DNA from: Xylographa opegraphella
Taxonomy: Eukaryota
Reading direction: 5' to 3'
Assembly: GCA_022813865.1 (NCBI GenBank)
Contig: JALDZX010000032.1
Span: 1 to 64,000, forward strand
Length of the DNA stretch: 64,000 nt
The position numbers and the translations under genes were made by a program. Each line of letters starts with the position of its first letter. Positions within the stretch are counted from its first letter, which is position 1. Below are positions 1-12,510 of this stretch, piece after piece. The notes under the pieces are model-generated. The model worked only from the letters and a program-made list of their open reading frames with translations. It was not told the origin of the DNA and did no database searches.

Positions 1-63
<63 letters not shown>
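1..63. repeat. (TTA)n microsatellite
   Basis: About 21 perfect ATT units at the window start; a shorter copy lies at ~757-774. Confidence 0.95.
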
Positions 64-1610
64 GCAACTTTCCGTATTAAAGGCTTTCGTTTGCAATAAA
101 AATTGAATTTATTAAAATCGAAAGCTTTTTATATATTACGACATGAGTTGAGTTGTGTTAAAAACTTCAAGCAGCTTTACAAAAAAACTTTAATGAAGTC
201 AAAAAGCAGGGCTGAAAAAAGTTGTTATACACTAAAGAAGTGTTTATAAAAGTGTTATTGATTAAGCGAAAAGATATAAAAAGGCCTGCTTTTCGGCAGT
301 TCAATCTTTTTCTTCTTTAATTTTAATTTTTAATTTACCAATGCATTATTATTGAAATTATTTTTAATAACTCTCTGACAGATTGAGCTGAGTTATTGAA
401 TTGAATTATTTATGAATTAAATTGAATTTTTTATGGGTTGAGCTGGGTTGAACTGGGTTAACCCAGTCGTATAATTATATAAAATTTGTGTAATAAATTT
501 TTATAGCCATTTTTATAATAATCGAGAATTTTACGCCTGCGTGACCTGTGAGCCCGCGTGGCCTGCGCGCATTTCATCATAATGGGCGTATTTTACAGGC
601 CTGCACGCATTTACCAGGCCTGCTGGCCTGCGTGGCCTGCGTGTATATTCGTCACATCTGCGGGCCTGCGTGACCTGCGTGCATTATATTATGCTGAACG
701 AATTATATAAATTTATACGTATTATGCGAGTTTGCGTGCATTTTACGTTGCATTTTTTATTATTATTATTATTATTTTTGCAACTTTGCGCATTGAAGGC
801 CTTCGTTTGCAATAAAAATTTGATTTATTAAAATCGAAAATTTTTGCCGAACGTTGAATAGTATAATTAATCAAATATCGTAAAGTTTGCGTAAATCAAA
901 TCTCAAATTGACGTCGTTTAAAATTAATTTTTTTAAAATTCGATTTTCAAAATTAAAATATCGTAAACGAAAATTTCAAATTTTGCGTTGCATTTAACAG
1001 CGCAGATTTGTAATACAAATCTGCAAAATGCGCGCAGATCTGCGAAATTCGCCCATTAATGAAATACGCGCAGGCCACGCAGGCCCGCAGACCTGGTGAA
1101 TGCGCTCATCATGATGAAATACGCGCAGGCCCGCAAGCGTGGTGAATACGTGCAGGCTCACAGGTCACGCAAACGTGTAATATGCGCGTAAACGTAGAAA
1201 TTCGCTATTATTATAAAAATAATTTTAAAAATTTATTATATAATTTTATGTATAATATAATTTTATATAATGATGCGATTAAATTAATTCAGTCCAATTT
1301 AATTTAATTTACAAATAATTCAACTCAGAGTGAGTTGAATTATTCATTTAACAATTCAGCCCATTTCAACCCATGTCGCAGTGCATACGTATTTTGTATT
1401 TGAAAAAATAAAAAATATTCGATTCTTCAAATTTCGGAGAAAATATATAATTTTTTGGAATTTTATATTAATAAATCGTGTATATTTTCAGGGAAACATT
1501 AAATATTACGCGAAAAAAAACATTCCATGTAAATAGTTTATACATGTTTAAAATTAAATTAAATTTTGAATTTGATTCAATTATTTGAATGATCACTGTA
1601 GTTGTAACTG
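1..1610. mobile_element. AT-rich degenerate repeat block, probable RIP-mutated transposon relic with several partial copies of one element
   Basis: Very high AT with an abrupt switch to normal GC at ~1610. Internal direct repeat (~50-128 vs ~765-845) and inverted repeat (~400-690 vs ~1040-1335) whose copies differ mostly by C/T and G/A transitions. No intact ORF. Confidence 0.7.
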
Positions 1611-2063
1611 TGATACCCCCCATTGTTTTCGAGTAGTATGCTGCAAGCATTCGATCAGCTGAACACCATTAGTCCTGCGGGATTACGTGCACCTGATCCC
1701 CGTTCTTTTGCGGTCCGAAACATACTCAAAGCTGGGTTGAGTGTAGCACAATCGCATGATCGTAATCTGATCATGAAGGAGTATTGCATGTTGGATTGCC
1801 TCATGCCTAAACCTTTCGTGTCGATCTCCCAACTCCAACAAACAGCCGCCAAATAATCACATATACCTGGCCCAGTCCTCACGCTATGCAGTTCCCTGGG
1901 TATATGGTAAGATGCCTCGGAATACATAACACTCTTCCCGTGTCGTTCGTAGGTATAGGATGATCAAGTCGTTCCAGTTGGTGAATGAAGAGAGTTGCTT
2001 AATTAAGTCTGTGTGGGGAAATGATGACGGAGCACTGGCCCATCAGGGTCCCCAAGGCTTGAG

Positions 2064-5000
2064 TTAGCTGCTCTCTTGTGCTTCTAGATACTTTGAACGC
2101 TGCATTTGCATACTGCACAGTCCTTGATTCTGGGAGTCATTTATGTCGAGCCTGGGAGCAGTCAATGCCAGGGACTGATCGTAGCTGCACCCGATTGCGT
2201 ACATCTCCGAGCCCAGGTCAATATGGGACACTCCACTCGATAAACCGCTTGTAGCTGGAGGAGGAGGGGGAGGCGGTAGCTCAACAGTGCCTTGGGTTGA
2301 CAACTCATATTCTGTACAGAGAGTCTGGTAATTATCTATAGGGTATGCAGAATGGTCAGTCGGTGCATCGGCATAGGAGATATGCTCCAGCTTCCCGGGG
2401 ACGTAGGATGAGGTTTCTTGGTATAGTGCATCGTCGAAGTTTCCCGAATCGTGCACCTCGCTGTTACCTTCAGGGGTGCCCATATCAAGAGGTGGCGGTG
2501 GCGGCGGTGCAGGAGGCGTGACCGATCTTGCACGTTTATTGGGTGTTGCATTGTCGTCCGCGTTCACGAAATCGCCCAGCCCGAACTGATCCTCTCGCTT
2601 CCGTTTCAAGCCTTCGCCAACTGTAATCTGGTCTAGTGGTGTGATAGGCGTCAGAGAGTTCGGTCCTGCTTTGGTGTCCTCGTCTTCAGACATCTCCATC
2701 AATCCATCTATATCACTCTCTTCTTCCTTTCCAATCTCAGCCTCGGCTTTCACGTTGACCGGAGACTTCGTCGATCCCACTTCTTTCGATTCCCTTTCCG
2801 CTTTCTTCTTGACATGTTCTTCCTTCTTGGTAACCACCTTCTCGAAGAAATCCTGTACATACTTTTTGACCTGCTTTACCTGCCGTGAATTAATGTGGGT
2901 GGGATCGTCAACGCGATGGTTCTTGAAGTCGGAATTGACAAGCTTTTTCGATATCTGCCCCTCGGTTAGTGGAGCAAGCTTGTTAATGCTGTTAAGAAAG
3001 CTCACCTCTTTCGCGAATCTCTTGAGCTCATCTTTGGAGAGCCTTTTCCGGTACCTGTCGACCACGTACTTTATATGCGGAAACAACTACCGAGTTGTGT
3101 CAGTTTACATCCTTCCGAGTCTCAGAGATACGTACGGTGTTCTCATATAGCTTCTTCTGTTTCTCCTCGCTATAAGCCCGCCATTTCTCACTTACATCAT
3201 TCTTATGCTTACTTGGGTCAGCACCGTTGAGCTGTGGTGTGGCCGACGCCGAATTTTTATCAGGAGTTTTGGCTTTTGCATTTGTAATCTCATTTATGAT
3301 GTCGTCCAGGGCCTTGTTAGTCGAAACTGGCTTGGGTGGTGGCGGTGGTTGCGCGGCGGCCTTTGTTGGCCGCGTCCATGTGGTTTCGCCATTAGCACTG
3401 TAGTAGTAGACACTACCGTTGGATGTTGCGGTAAACCAACCGGAAGGGAGGCCATTGAAAGGACGTGGAGGCCTGAAGGGAGCACGACCTCCAAAAAAGG
3501 CGCCGTTGCGTTGGGGGACGCTGCTACGCGGGCCGGTCGGTGCGGCAGGACCTTTGGATGCATCGTGTGATCTTGACCGTGACCTCGACTTGGAACGTGA
3601 CTCGGATCGAAGCTTTTCTCGAGCTGCCTCGCGACGTTCAAAATGATTATGTCTTTCGACAATGCTTCTAGAATCTCGTTTCATACGTGGTATCCGGTAC
3701 GCCGTCTCTAGAGTGCTCCACTCCTTGAGTAAGGCAGTAGCTTGCTTCACGACCCTCTCATCCCCACAAAACTCCAGGCTTGCAACTGTTGTTTCAATCT
3801 TGGAGTCGTTGATCTTGTTCCGTGTTAATCGCGGGAAGTGATGCAGAATATCGAGGATCTGTAGGACGACGTTGAAGTCGTCATTCCACGTAGTCAAGCT
3901 GGAGTTCAAGATTTGATAACCGTGCATTTTGACTACCCGGTTAATGACCTTTTCATCTTTGCAACACTGGATCCGACCGAGTAGCTTGACTGTGATCCAC
4001 TTTTCCTTGCACTGCATAAGTGTGGCCATGACTTTTGTAACACCGTCTTCGTCGAGTGATTTTGGTTGCACAGTGTTGACATACTCCTCGTCGTCCTCGC
4101 CAGCCTTCTTCTTTCGTGGTTTCTTTGCGACCGCCGTATCCCAACCGTCGCCGTCGTCAATACCGAGAGCTTCGATTGTTGTATGGGATAGTTTCGTTGC
4201 ACGCTCGGTCTGTGTCTTGCCACCAATGAACCCAGTGCAATTTGGCTCACCACAGTAACATGGCTGTGGGTCAGCACCATACCTGTCAACGTTATAGTTA
4301 AATACCAATTCTTCGCCGGCTTTGATTTTCCGATCGGCAAATATGCCCATCCGAAGTTTGTCGCCCACCACCCATTTGTCGACGTAACAGTTTGGATTAC
4401 ATGAATGATTACAGAACCGTCCAAGGTTGCCCTTTTTTGTCGCGTCGACGAATTCCCCTTTACTGAGCGACATAAAGTAGAAGTGCTTGATACCTTCCTC
4501 ATCGTACTGGAGCATTCGCCGTCGGAACTGACCCTCGTGGATGACCTCTCCAATGTATTCGAAAATGAAGTCATTAGGCTGTAAGTCAGTATCAGCTCGT
4601 AAACCATAGCCCTTCTTTTCAGTCTTGATGACTGTGACTCGGGCGAATTGTTGTCGTTGGAAACGCTGGTTTTGGCAGTCGGAGCCGCAGCCGCAATCAC
4701 CGAAGCACTCCATTTTGGTGGCACGATTGATACAATCGGAGTCCTCACCGCAAGCATGATTGCTCTTCGCCGTAGGGTCTGGAAAGAAAACTCTGAAATC
4801 AGCTATGAAGACTGCATAAATGCGCAAGATAGAGAGCACTGTCATTCTTACCCCACTCCTCTATGCAATCGCACTCCATGGCATGCTCCGTAGAGCCCAG
4901 ATATTTGGCCGAGTAGCTGCATTGCGTAATGATCTGAAACACACCCGCAGCTTCCTGGGTTTTATCTTCGTAGTGATCGAACATTTGTGGTGCTGTAGCA

Positions 5001-5332
5001 ATCACTTTCTGTGACGCTGTACGAGAGAGTTTCGGTGGTGGTCCGGATTCCAGCTTGAGTGAAATATCGCCACCTACTGTTTGCTCGTGTTCACCTCGCC
5101 CCTTGACGGGAGAGTTCAAGGCAGTATTTCGCTTTCCGGGCGAATGAGTTGCTGTCTTAATCTCAATCTTGTTTGAGGCGCCGGTGCCGCTCGTCTGGGT
5201 CGATGGTTGCTCAATGTTCCTTATTGTGCCGGACCCTTCCTCGTTACCATCATAATCGTTGCTTTTGATCCTCATATCCTTGATCCCTTCTTCAACCTTG
5301 TCCGGTTCTTTGTATTGCTCGTCATCCGACAT
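2064..5332 (-). CDS. SET2: Histone H3K36 methyltransferase Set2 (AWS-SET-postSET, WW, SRI); introns ~4779-4851, ~3087-3136, ~2956-3006
   Basis: [16 protein letters not shown] (AWS), [15 protein letters not shown] and ELVFNY (SET), [13 protein letters not shown] (postSET), LPSGW...YYY...TTWTRP (WW), [16 protein letters not shown]...LVNSDFK (SRI). Canonical splice sites restore the frame. Confidence 0.95.
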
Positions 5333-6699
5333 GATGGCCGTCCAAGGGGATACTAAGGAAAGTATGAAGTGGTTTACGACTGAACATCAAACTAGATACA
5401 GATCAATCAGTACGGAAGGCCCGTGCTCAGAAAAACTCGGCACAATACCAGGTACAGCATTAACTCTCTGAAATGTGGACACGGAATCGGCGAAGCAAGA
5501 ATGTAGATGTCAGTCCAACATTCAAATCCGAGGTTATAAACCGAAGGGCTGGTGGTTCAAGTGGAGCCGGTGATTGTCGAGGGGCGGCGAAACCGCACCA
5601 CAGGGAAATAGTCACGGATTCAAGATAGACCCGCAGTGAATGATGGTATTCGGGCGCATCAATACGGCGATTTTCCTTGGGATGAAGGTCCTCGGTCGAA
5701 GGAGAATTTCCGCTCACGAGTGCTGCTCAGCACGCCGGGCTGAAACGGGCAATTGGTGAAGCGCAAGCTCAAGATTCAATGAAGTAGGTAGGAGGAAACA
5801 GCCCATGGAAATGCGCAACCATAGAATGCGGTCCTCGGGTGGTACGCTTCAGCACAATATTCCAGAGCCTCCAACAAGCAGCTTTAAGGAAGGAAAAGTT
5901 CCCTACGTTCGTTCTCGCTAGACTATTCTACAGTTACTTCAATAATAAGATTCGAACCCATTCCGCATTCTCATTTTTGGCCTGGGTTGTACGGCTCGCG
6001 AAAGAGTCGCTGTCAAGCCAATCATGCCACGCACCCATGCCTCGCAGGATGGTGGATGCGCATCACCAAAATCAATTATGTATCTACCGCGCGAGAGTAT
6101 ACAGGCAGCACACGGCAGCGCGTCGCTCCACCACCGCCCGGGCCCCTGCCTCCGCCGCCCCGCCCAATCCCCTTTGGAAAGCCATCAACGACAAGGTATC
6201 GGTCGGGCATGTCCGCGTCGACAAGACATGAGAAAGATCGATATCGATGTCCACTGGATGGTAGGGTGGGATCCGCTGCGCGAGGGACGATAGATGGTTC
6301 ACCCTTGGCGGTGAAGAGTGGCCGGTTGGGCAGCGTAGCGTCGTCGACGTGGCCCCAGTATAGTGGGTAGCAGTCACATCAGTATAGAGGTAGTTTGAAT
6401 GGTATAAAGCCTGGGTCGACCTCGACAGTTGCCTCGCCGCTCGACGTGATACTTCCTTCTCACGACTGCCCCGTGGCAGCCATAGGTTATGGAGCGGGCC
6501 ATGCGCTGGGCTGATCGTTGGTCGTCGGCATTGCGCCCGTCGGTCTCCAACACGGAGTACCCTCTCAACCTCGAGGAAGGCCTCGGGCGAGATGCGAGAC
6601 GCGAGACGTGATGATCCACCGTCCGCTGCTCACGCGCCAGCAGTTCACCGTTCCGTGCCTGTAGGACTGCGTTCCGGCACTCTTGCGTCCCTCACGCCT

Positions 6700-6723
6700 G
6701 CCGCCGCCGCCGCCGCCGCCGCC
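6700..6723. repeat. (GCC)8 microsatellite
   Basis: Direct reading of the sequence. Confidence 0.9.
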
Positions 6724-7230
6724 TCCAGAAGGGATGGAGCGTTTGGTGGGACCGGGGCCGAAGGCTGGCAATGACCGAGCCGTGGCGTTGAGGGCATCGC
6801 CAATCGCCGTCCCTTCGCCGGAGGAGGAAGTTCATCTGCCAAAGACCCGTTCAACGACTGCTTCCCTGGCTCTCGGTCCCGCGATCGGCGCAAACGCATG
6901 GCCGAGGGAGAGCGTGTCCCTATTCCTCCCTCTTCTTCTGGTCGAACTTCTAGTCTACCTAGAAGCCTAGAGCCTGGAAGGGGGGCCACCAGATCCGTGA
7001 AATGATCATTTAACCTTTGGCCATTTGGCCCTTTTGCCGCGAAGGAAAACAAATCCGACCTGATCGTGCTCTGCTCCGGCTTGTTTATTTTTAAGAATGT
7101 TTTAATGACCTTCGCTGCGGGCTCTGCCTCTAACTACTCTGGCAACTTGCAAGCACATGGCGAGCTGCAGCTAACTCTCGCATCCAATTTCCTCCTCTTC
7201 CCACACACGCACCCCCTTCCCTGGAAACTC

Positions 7231-7296
7231 GCACTCGCACTCACACTCGCACTCACACTCGCACTCGCACTCACACTCGCACTCACACTCGCACTC
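7231..7296. repeat. (RCACTC)11 hexamer repeat with a 30-bp higher-order period
   Basis: GCACTC/ACACTC units in the order G,G,A,G,A repeated twice plus one unit; it generates the spurious LALALT and ECECEC ORFs. Confidence 0.9.
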
Positions 7297-7607
7297 GGCC
7301 TGCCTTTTTCCTTCTTTGACGTCCCATCGAAACTTCGACCCTTCTTGTTTTGTTACAACCTTCCCGCACTTGTTTCCATCCATCCCATCACCTACCTACT
7401 TTCACATGACCTTGGGCTTCCTGGCCCTCCCGTTCACTTCCTACGCTCGCTGCCGCCTTGAATGTTGAGCTTCACTTCGTTTGCCTGAGAGGCCCTCACC
7501 TTTTGTCGGAGGTCCATGTCTCGGTTATGTATTTCCAGCCGATTTGCCGCCGCGAGGTACATGACTTCGTAGCACCCCAGGCGCGTAAACTCCTGAGCAG
7601 TCGCAGG

Positions 7608-8825
7608 ATGTCGAATTTCGGGGAACAGCCGTTTAATGAGTATGAAGAGGTGCGTCGCAGCCAAACCTAATACCCCAGCCCATGAAGCCATAGCTGCCCC
7701 CTCCGCATGTCTTCGAGCTTACATGACTGATTCATCTTTCTGTCCGACAGCGGTACTTCCTCGCGGAGATCCTCAAGAACTCAAATCTGCCCTCCATCGC
7801 CTTGCTTCAAATTATCCGAGATACAGGTGTCGAGCCAGCTTGGACCCAAATCGCGCTTCCAACGGGTATGTCTGGCTTGAGATTCGTCTCATCTTCATTC
7901 GCTGCTGCAGTATGCAGGGATCGAAACTTTTACTGCACCGAATAACAGTGAGATCTGATAGCTAACGCCGGTGCGTCTAGGTCGATCCGTTGCGGCATGC
8001 CAAAATGCCTACAGTGCTCTATCCCAGCGTAGCTCGTCCTTCACTGGGGAGCCTGTGCATAAGAAACCTAGGCGGCCCCCATCCTTTGGTGGTCCTCCGC
8101 CTGTAACGGAACGATTCCTTCAACCCCGCCCGGCGGGTTTTGCTCCCGTCAATGGGCCTGAATTGGTTTCGCTGACAACGGACGAGACGAAACCTAGGAA
8201 AAAGCGTGGACGGCCGAACAAAGAGGAACACGATCGTCGGGTTGCGGAAGCCGAGGCGAGAGGTGAGGTTTACCCTAAGCCACGAAAGCCTAAAACACCG
8301 CGTCCGGCTACGGAAGGCCAAGAGGTGGAGACTGTAGAGGTATCCGGGAGTGGAGCTCCGATGGCGATCATGTTTACACCCAACAAAACTGTTCCTGCTC
8401 CGCCCACTTCACCCCTTCCAGGGGAGAAGATGCCAGAGTATGATGCCATAGAGAGTGCCGCCACACCTGCTGGTCGGGTATCGCATGAAGAACAACGATC
8501 CATAGAGAGCGCACCTGCTGAGCCACGTATGAATAACTTGGGTCCGGGGGAGAATGTCTTGCCCGGTTTGAGGCAGCATACTATTACGACTGAAGGTACA
8601 GATATTGAGATGGACCCCAGTGCTCCCGCAGCCAGTTCTGCGTTGGTGCCAGTTGGACGAGTGTATGGAGCGCAACAAGTACATCCCTTCTCGGCTTCCA
8701 CCGCGCAGGAACCACAAGCGCAGCTGATCCGGATTGAAGAAGCCCGGATGCAAGATGCTCTACCGAACGAGGACCTCCTATCGGCACAAGAGCACTTCCC
8801 CGAAAGCCGCAGTCAGATCTCCTGA
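7608..8825 (+). CDS. Fungal hypothetical nuclear protein with an AT-hook (exons 7608-7649, 7751-7865, 7981-8825)
   Basis: Spliced N-terminus MSNFGEQPFNEYEE-RYFLAEILKNSNLPSIALLQIIRDTGVEPAWTQIALPT-GRSVAACQNAY. Introns gtgcgt..cag and gtatgt..ctaac..tag keep the frame. KPRKKRGRPNK is an AT-hook/NLS. Confidence 0.75.
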
Positions 8826-10784
8826 GTTGAATGGTTACGCCACATAGGAGCCCAAGACAGCGGTCCCGACACAAACGCGGTTTCAATGGTGGCATGTTGC
8901 GATTTTACCAACGATTTCACGTTACGATTCATATGCACAATAAAATACACCTGGTGGTCTGCTGTGCTGCATTTACATTTCCGCATTGGCGCTGGAATAC
9001 CTTTCATTCGGGCATCTGGTGGTCATATGTCCAGTTATCTATCAATTACGAACGCTTTGTCTTGATTGGATCCGAGTTTTATATTACTTGCTTTCTTGCC
9101 ATTCTCGATGAATATTGCCTTGTCTGCTTCAATACACCTTAATCTTATGACCAACTATGTCCATTGTTTTGGCCAAAAACTCTATTTATCTTTTGTAGAG
9201 CATAGAAATGCTTGCACTACGCGTGAGTCTTTTTCTAGAAACAATTCGGTTGGTGGTAATAAGACCACATATGTATAATAGCATGTTTAAAGCGGTCCAC
9301 TACAAGACCACGGGGTCGTCGCAGTTTACGATAGCAAATGTATACTTTATGTCACGAAAGCAGGGAGTGCAGTCGATCCACCAATCGGCTTACTTCCAAG
9401 CCAACGATCCAATCACAACACGTGATAATCCCAAGGCTAATAATTATGACCCAAGCGCCAATCATACACCTCGTGGTGATGCGCCCAATTGGTGAAATGG
9501 CAAAGAAAGGAGTGCTACACTACTGCGTAGGACTGCAATAATAGCTCTATCTCTGTCTCACTTACTCCATGGCAGTCTGCAAGAATACTCCTGAGCCAAG
9601 GCCCCAAAGGCGTTTAAGGTAGACTTACCAAATTTCACGAACTGGCGGCCTCATGTCGGAGGCACCAACTAGGAAATGCTATGCCTTTTTTCTGGAACCC
9701 TGCTCGAACGCTTATGCTAACGCTTTCCACTATACTGTCTTCTTGAAATCCAGGTTCTGTTCTTTCCTCCCCTGTCTCTGTTACCATCTCATCGTAATAC
9801 CCTTCAGGGTCTTCACACGCATCGGTTCTCGACAGCCATCGCTCGCTGCCAATCCCGCATTCATCGGCCGTTTTATCTTCCCGACGTGCATGATCACTTC
9901 CCACATATCGTTACTACCGACGGCCTTCATATGTGGATTGCAAACCACTGTTGCTAATCTTTGTATGCTCCAGCTACCGCCCCCTTGATTCCTGTGCCTC
10001 GGCGGTGATTTTGCTCTACACTTCACGAGGACATATTTGGCCACTGTCCAAGAAAGCCTCATACATGGAGCTCATTTTCTTGACAGCTATGCCATATTGG
10101 TCCCCCAGAATCCCGAACCCTCAGCTACCTTCATCATTCACCAGCACGTCTGTGGAAGCGTACGCTTTATGATATGTACAATTCTGGCGGCGCGGTAGTG
10201 CCGGCTGGAAGTTATCCACGCTTGAACACCGGGACGGCTAAGACTACCGAAACGCCGTCATACACTTCAGAGACCGTCCTGAAAGTTTCAAGTTCTTCAT
10301 CGGGGCAAGACTGTGACTTCTTCGTCACTGCCCGATTTCTTGTTGTTCCGGGATTGCGTTCACGTATCGTAGCTGATTTCATCTCATCGTGTCTTCATTG
10401 ACGATCAGCCCTCGGACGTTATACCTGATCTCATGTCACAATCCAAGCACGTTAAAGACGTAGTAGCATATTCTGTTCGAGCTATTACAGCTACTGTCGG
10501 CTAGGAAGCGTCTGTCAAACCCCTGATACTGTACATGCAACTCTCGATCGAATACAACTCCCTAGACTAACCACAATACCTCGAACACCCCCCTCGAAGA
10601 TGTACCAAACGGCCATGTAGAAGAATTAGTGTTCACGCCGTTGTTGGGGGGGCCTTTACTTTGGGCAGTGGCCAGTCATTCGTCCTTCGGCAACTTCATC
10701 AAGACGTAGGACCGTACCAGGTAGCTTCGATTACACTAATGAAGTGTATGGCCGGCGTTTTTCATACAAAACAAGCTCATCCAT

Positions 10785-12510
10785 TCAATCAGTCTCCCCG
10801 CCATCATTCTCCTCCTCCACCCCCTTACTCTTCCTCTTCTCCTTCTTCGCTTTCTTCTCTGCCTTCTTCCGCTTCCGCTCCGCGCGCTGCTCTGGTGATT
10901 CGTCGTCGTGCCGTTTTCGCTTTTTGCTATCCGCTTCGCCATTCTCCGATCCGGAATTGACCACTACTTCTCCGGTGACAGGTATCGCAGGATCTGTCGC
11001 AACATCATTGGAAGTCGTCTTCTCTGCGAGAGTGGCTTGGATGGCGCCATTCGCAAGAGGTGCGGTATAGTCCGTATAATTAGACTGCCATTTGACAGGG
11101 GTAGCTTCGTTGGGGCGACCATATTTCTAAGAATTTTCGTTAGTGGCGGAGGAGAGAAGAAGCCAAAGAAAGCCACACGAGAATGGAGCAACTCCAGGTC
11201 AAGGAATGTCACTCACATCGAGTTTTCCATCCGACTTCATCTTCTTCTTTTCCAGAGCCACAGGACCGAGACCCCACCTCCTGGGGTAGAGATCTCTCTC
11301 CATGATGCACCGCTTCACTTTAGCGACGACCCCGTGATCGCAGGTGGAGAGCTCAACTGTAGACATTTGAGCTATACCCAGGGCGATAGCCTCACCCTTA
11401 GTAGTCATCAGAACAACTTCTTCATGCACCTCGATACCAGCCTCTACAAGATGATTTATCAGTTGATGTACCGGGCAAAGCCAAAGGATGAAACTATACC
11501 GTATCGCAATAGGCCAGGAATCATAAGTTTTGCGCCATAGCAGACTGCGTTGACGGCGCTATCCTTGACGACAATCCGCTTGTACGTAGTAAGTAGGCTC
11601 TCCAACGGTCGGATGACTTTCCGGAGATAGGACTCGTCTCTTGTGTTGTCTTGCATCCATTGCGCGTCGAGGACATCATGCAGTGTTACCATACCATCCT
11701 GCTCGTCCATAGCTCCACTCCGCACTCGCCGTAATTCTTGCATATGAGCGCCAACCCCTAGTAGCAAGCCCAAGTGTACACATAACGTCCTTATATAGGT
11801 TCCTGCCTCGCAGCTAACCCAGAAAACGCCTAGATGTCTGTCGTTGTCGAACTCATAAAGCTTACTTTCGTGAATAGTCCTTATACGTAGTTGTCTTTTC
11901 ACGGCGGATATGAGTGGCGGTCGTTGGAAGAGGGCGCCAGTAAGTGTCTCGAGTGCTCGTGCGAGCTGCGCTTCTCCGCCGGGGAGTTTGTCGTGAAGCC
12001 GTATGACACAGACGTATTCCTTTCCTGCCCCTTGCTGTGATTTCACAAGACGAGTGGCGCGATCCAGACATACGATGAGGCAGCCCGTGACTTTGGGGTC
12101 GAGGGTTCCACTATGGCCCGTCTTCTCGATTCTAAGTATATGCTCAGCAATTGTAGTCCTCAATAACGCTGATGTAGCTTTTTTTACCTTAACATACGCT
12201 TGACCCATGCTACTACCTCATGACTGGATGGATTGGAAGGTTTGTCAAGATTTATAACGCCGGAGCTGATGTAGGATTTCAAGTCGCGCTTCAGAGGAGT
12301 ACATCCACATGGGATTGGTGTAAAATGCCCGGTGCGAACGAGCACTACGAACCATCAGCATCAGGTCTCTATTATTACATCTTTGATTGGGTATATACGT
12401 TTGTCGTAGCTTTTGAGGAGGAGAGGCCAGTCGCTGGTGTCGAGTGCTGGGGTGGAAGCTTCGGGTTTGATGCTGTAGTCTGCCTCGTCATTGGCAAGTA
12501 CCATCGCCAT
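10785..12510 (-). CDS. CBF5: H/ACA snoRNP pseudouridine synthase Cbf5/dyskerin (4 introns)
   Basis: [17 protein letters not shown]-terminus, [13 protein letters not shown] catalytic motif, [17 protein letters not shown] region, KKE-rich C-terminus ending GGETD* at 10785. Confidence 0.96.

Noticed and set aside
7066..7461. LALALT and ECECEC repeat ORFs
   Set aside because: Translations of the RCACTC microsatellite; no other coding signal.
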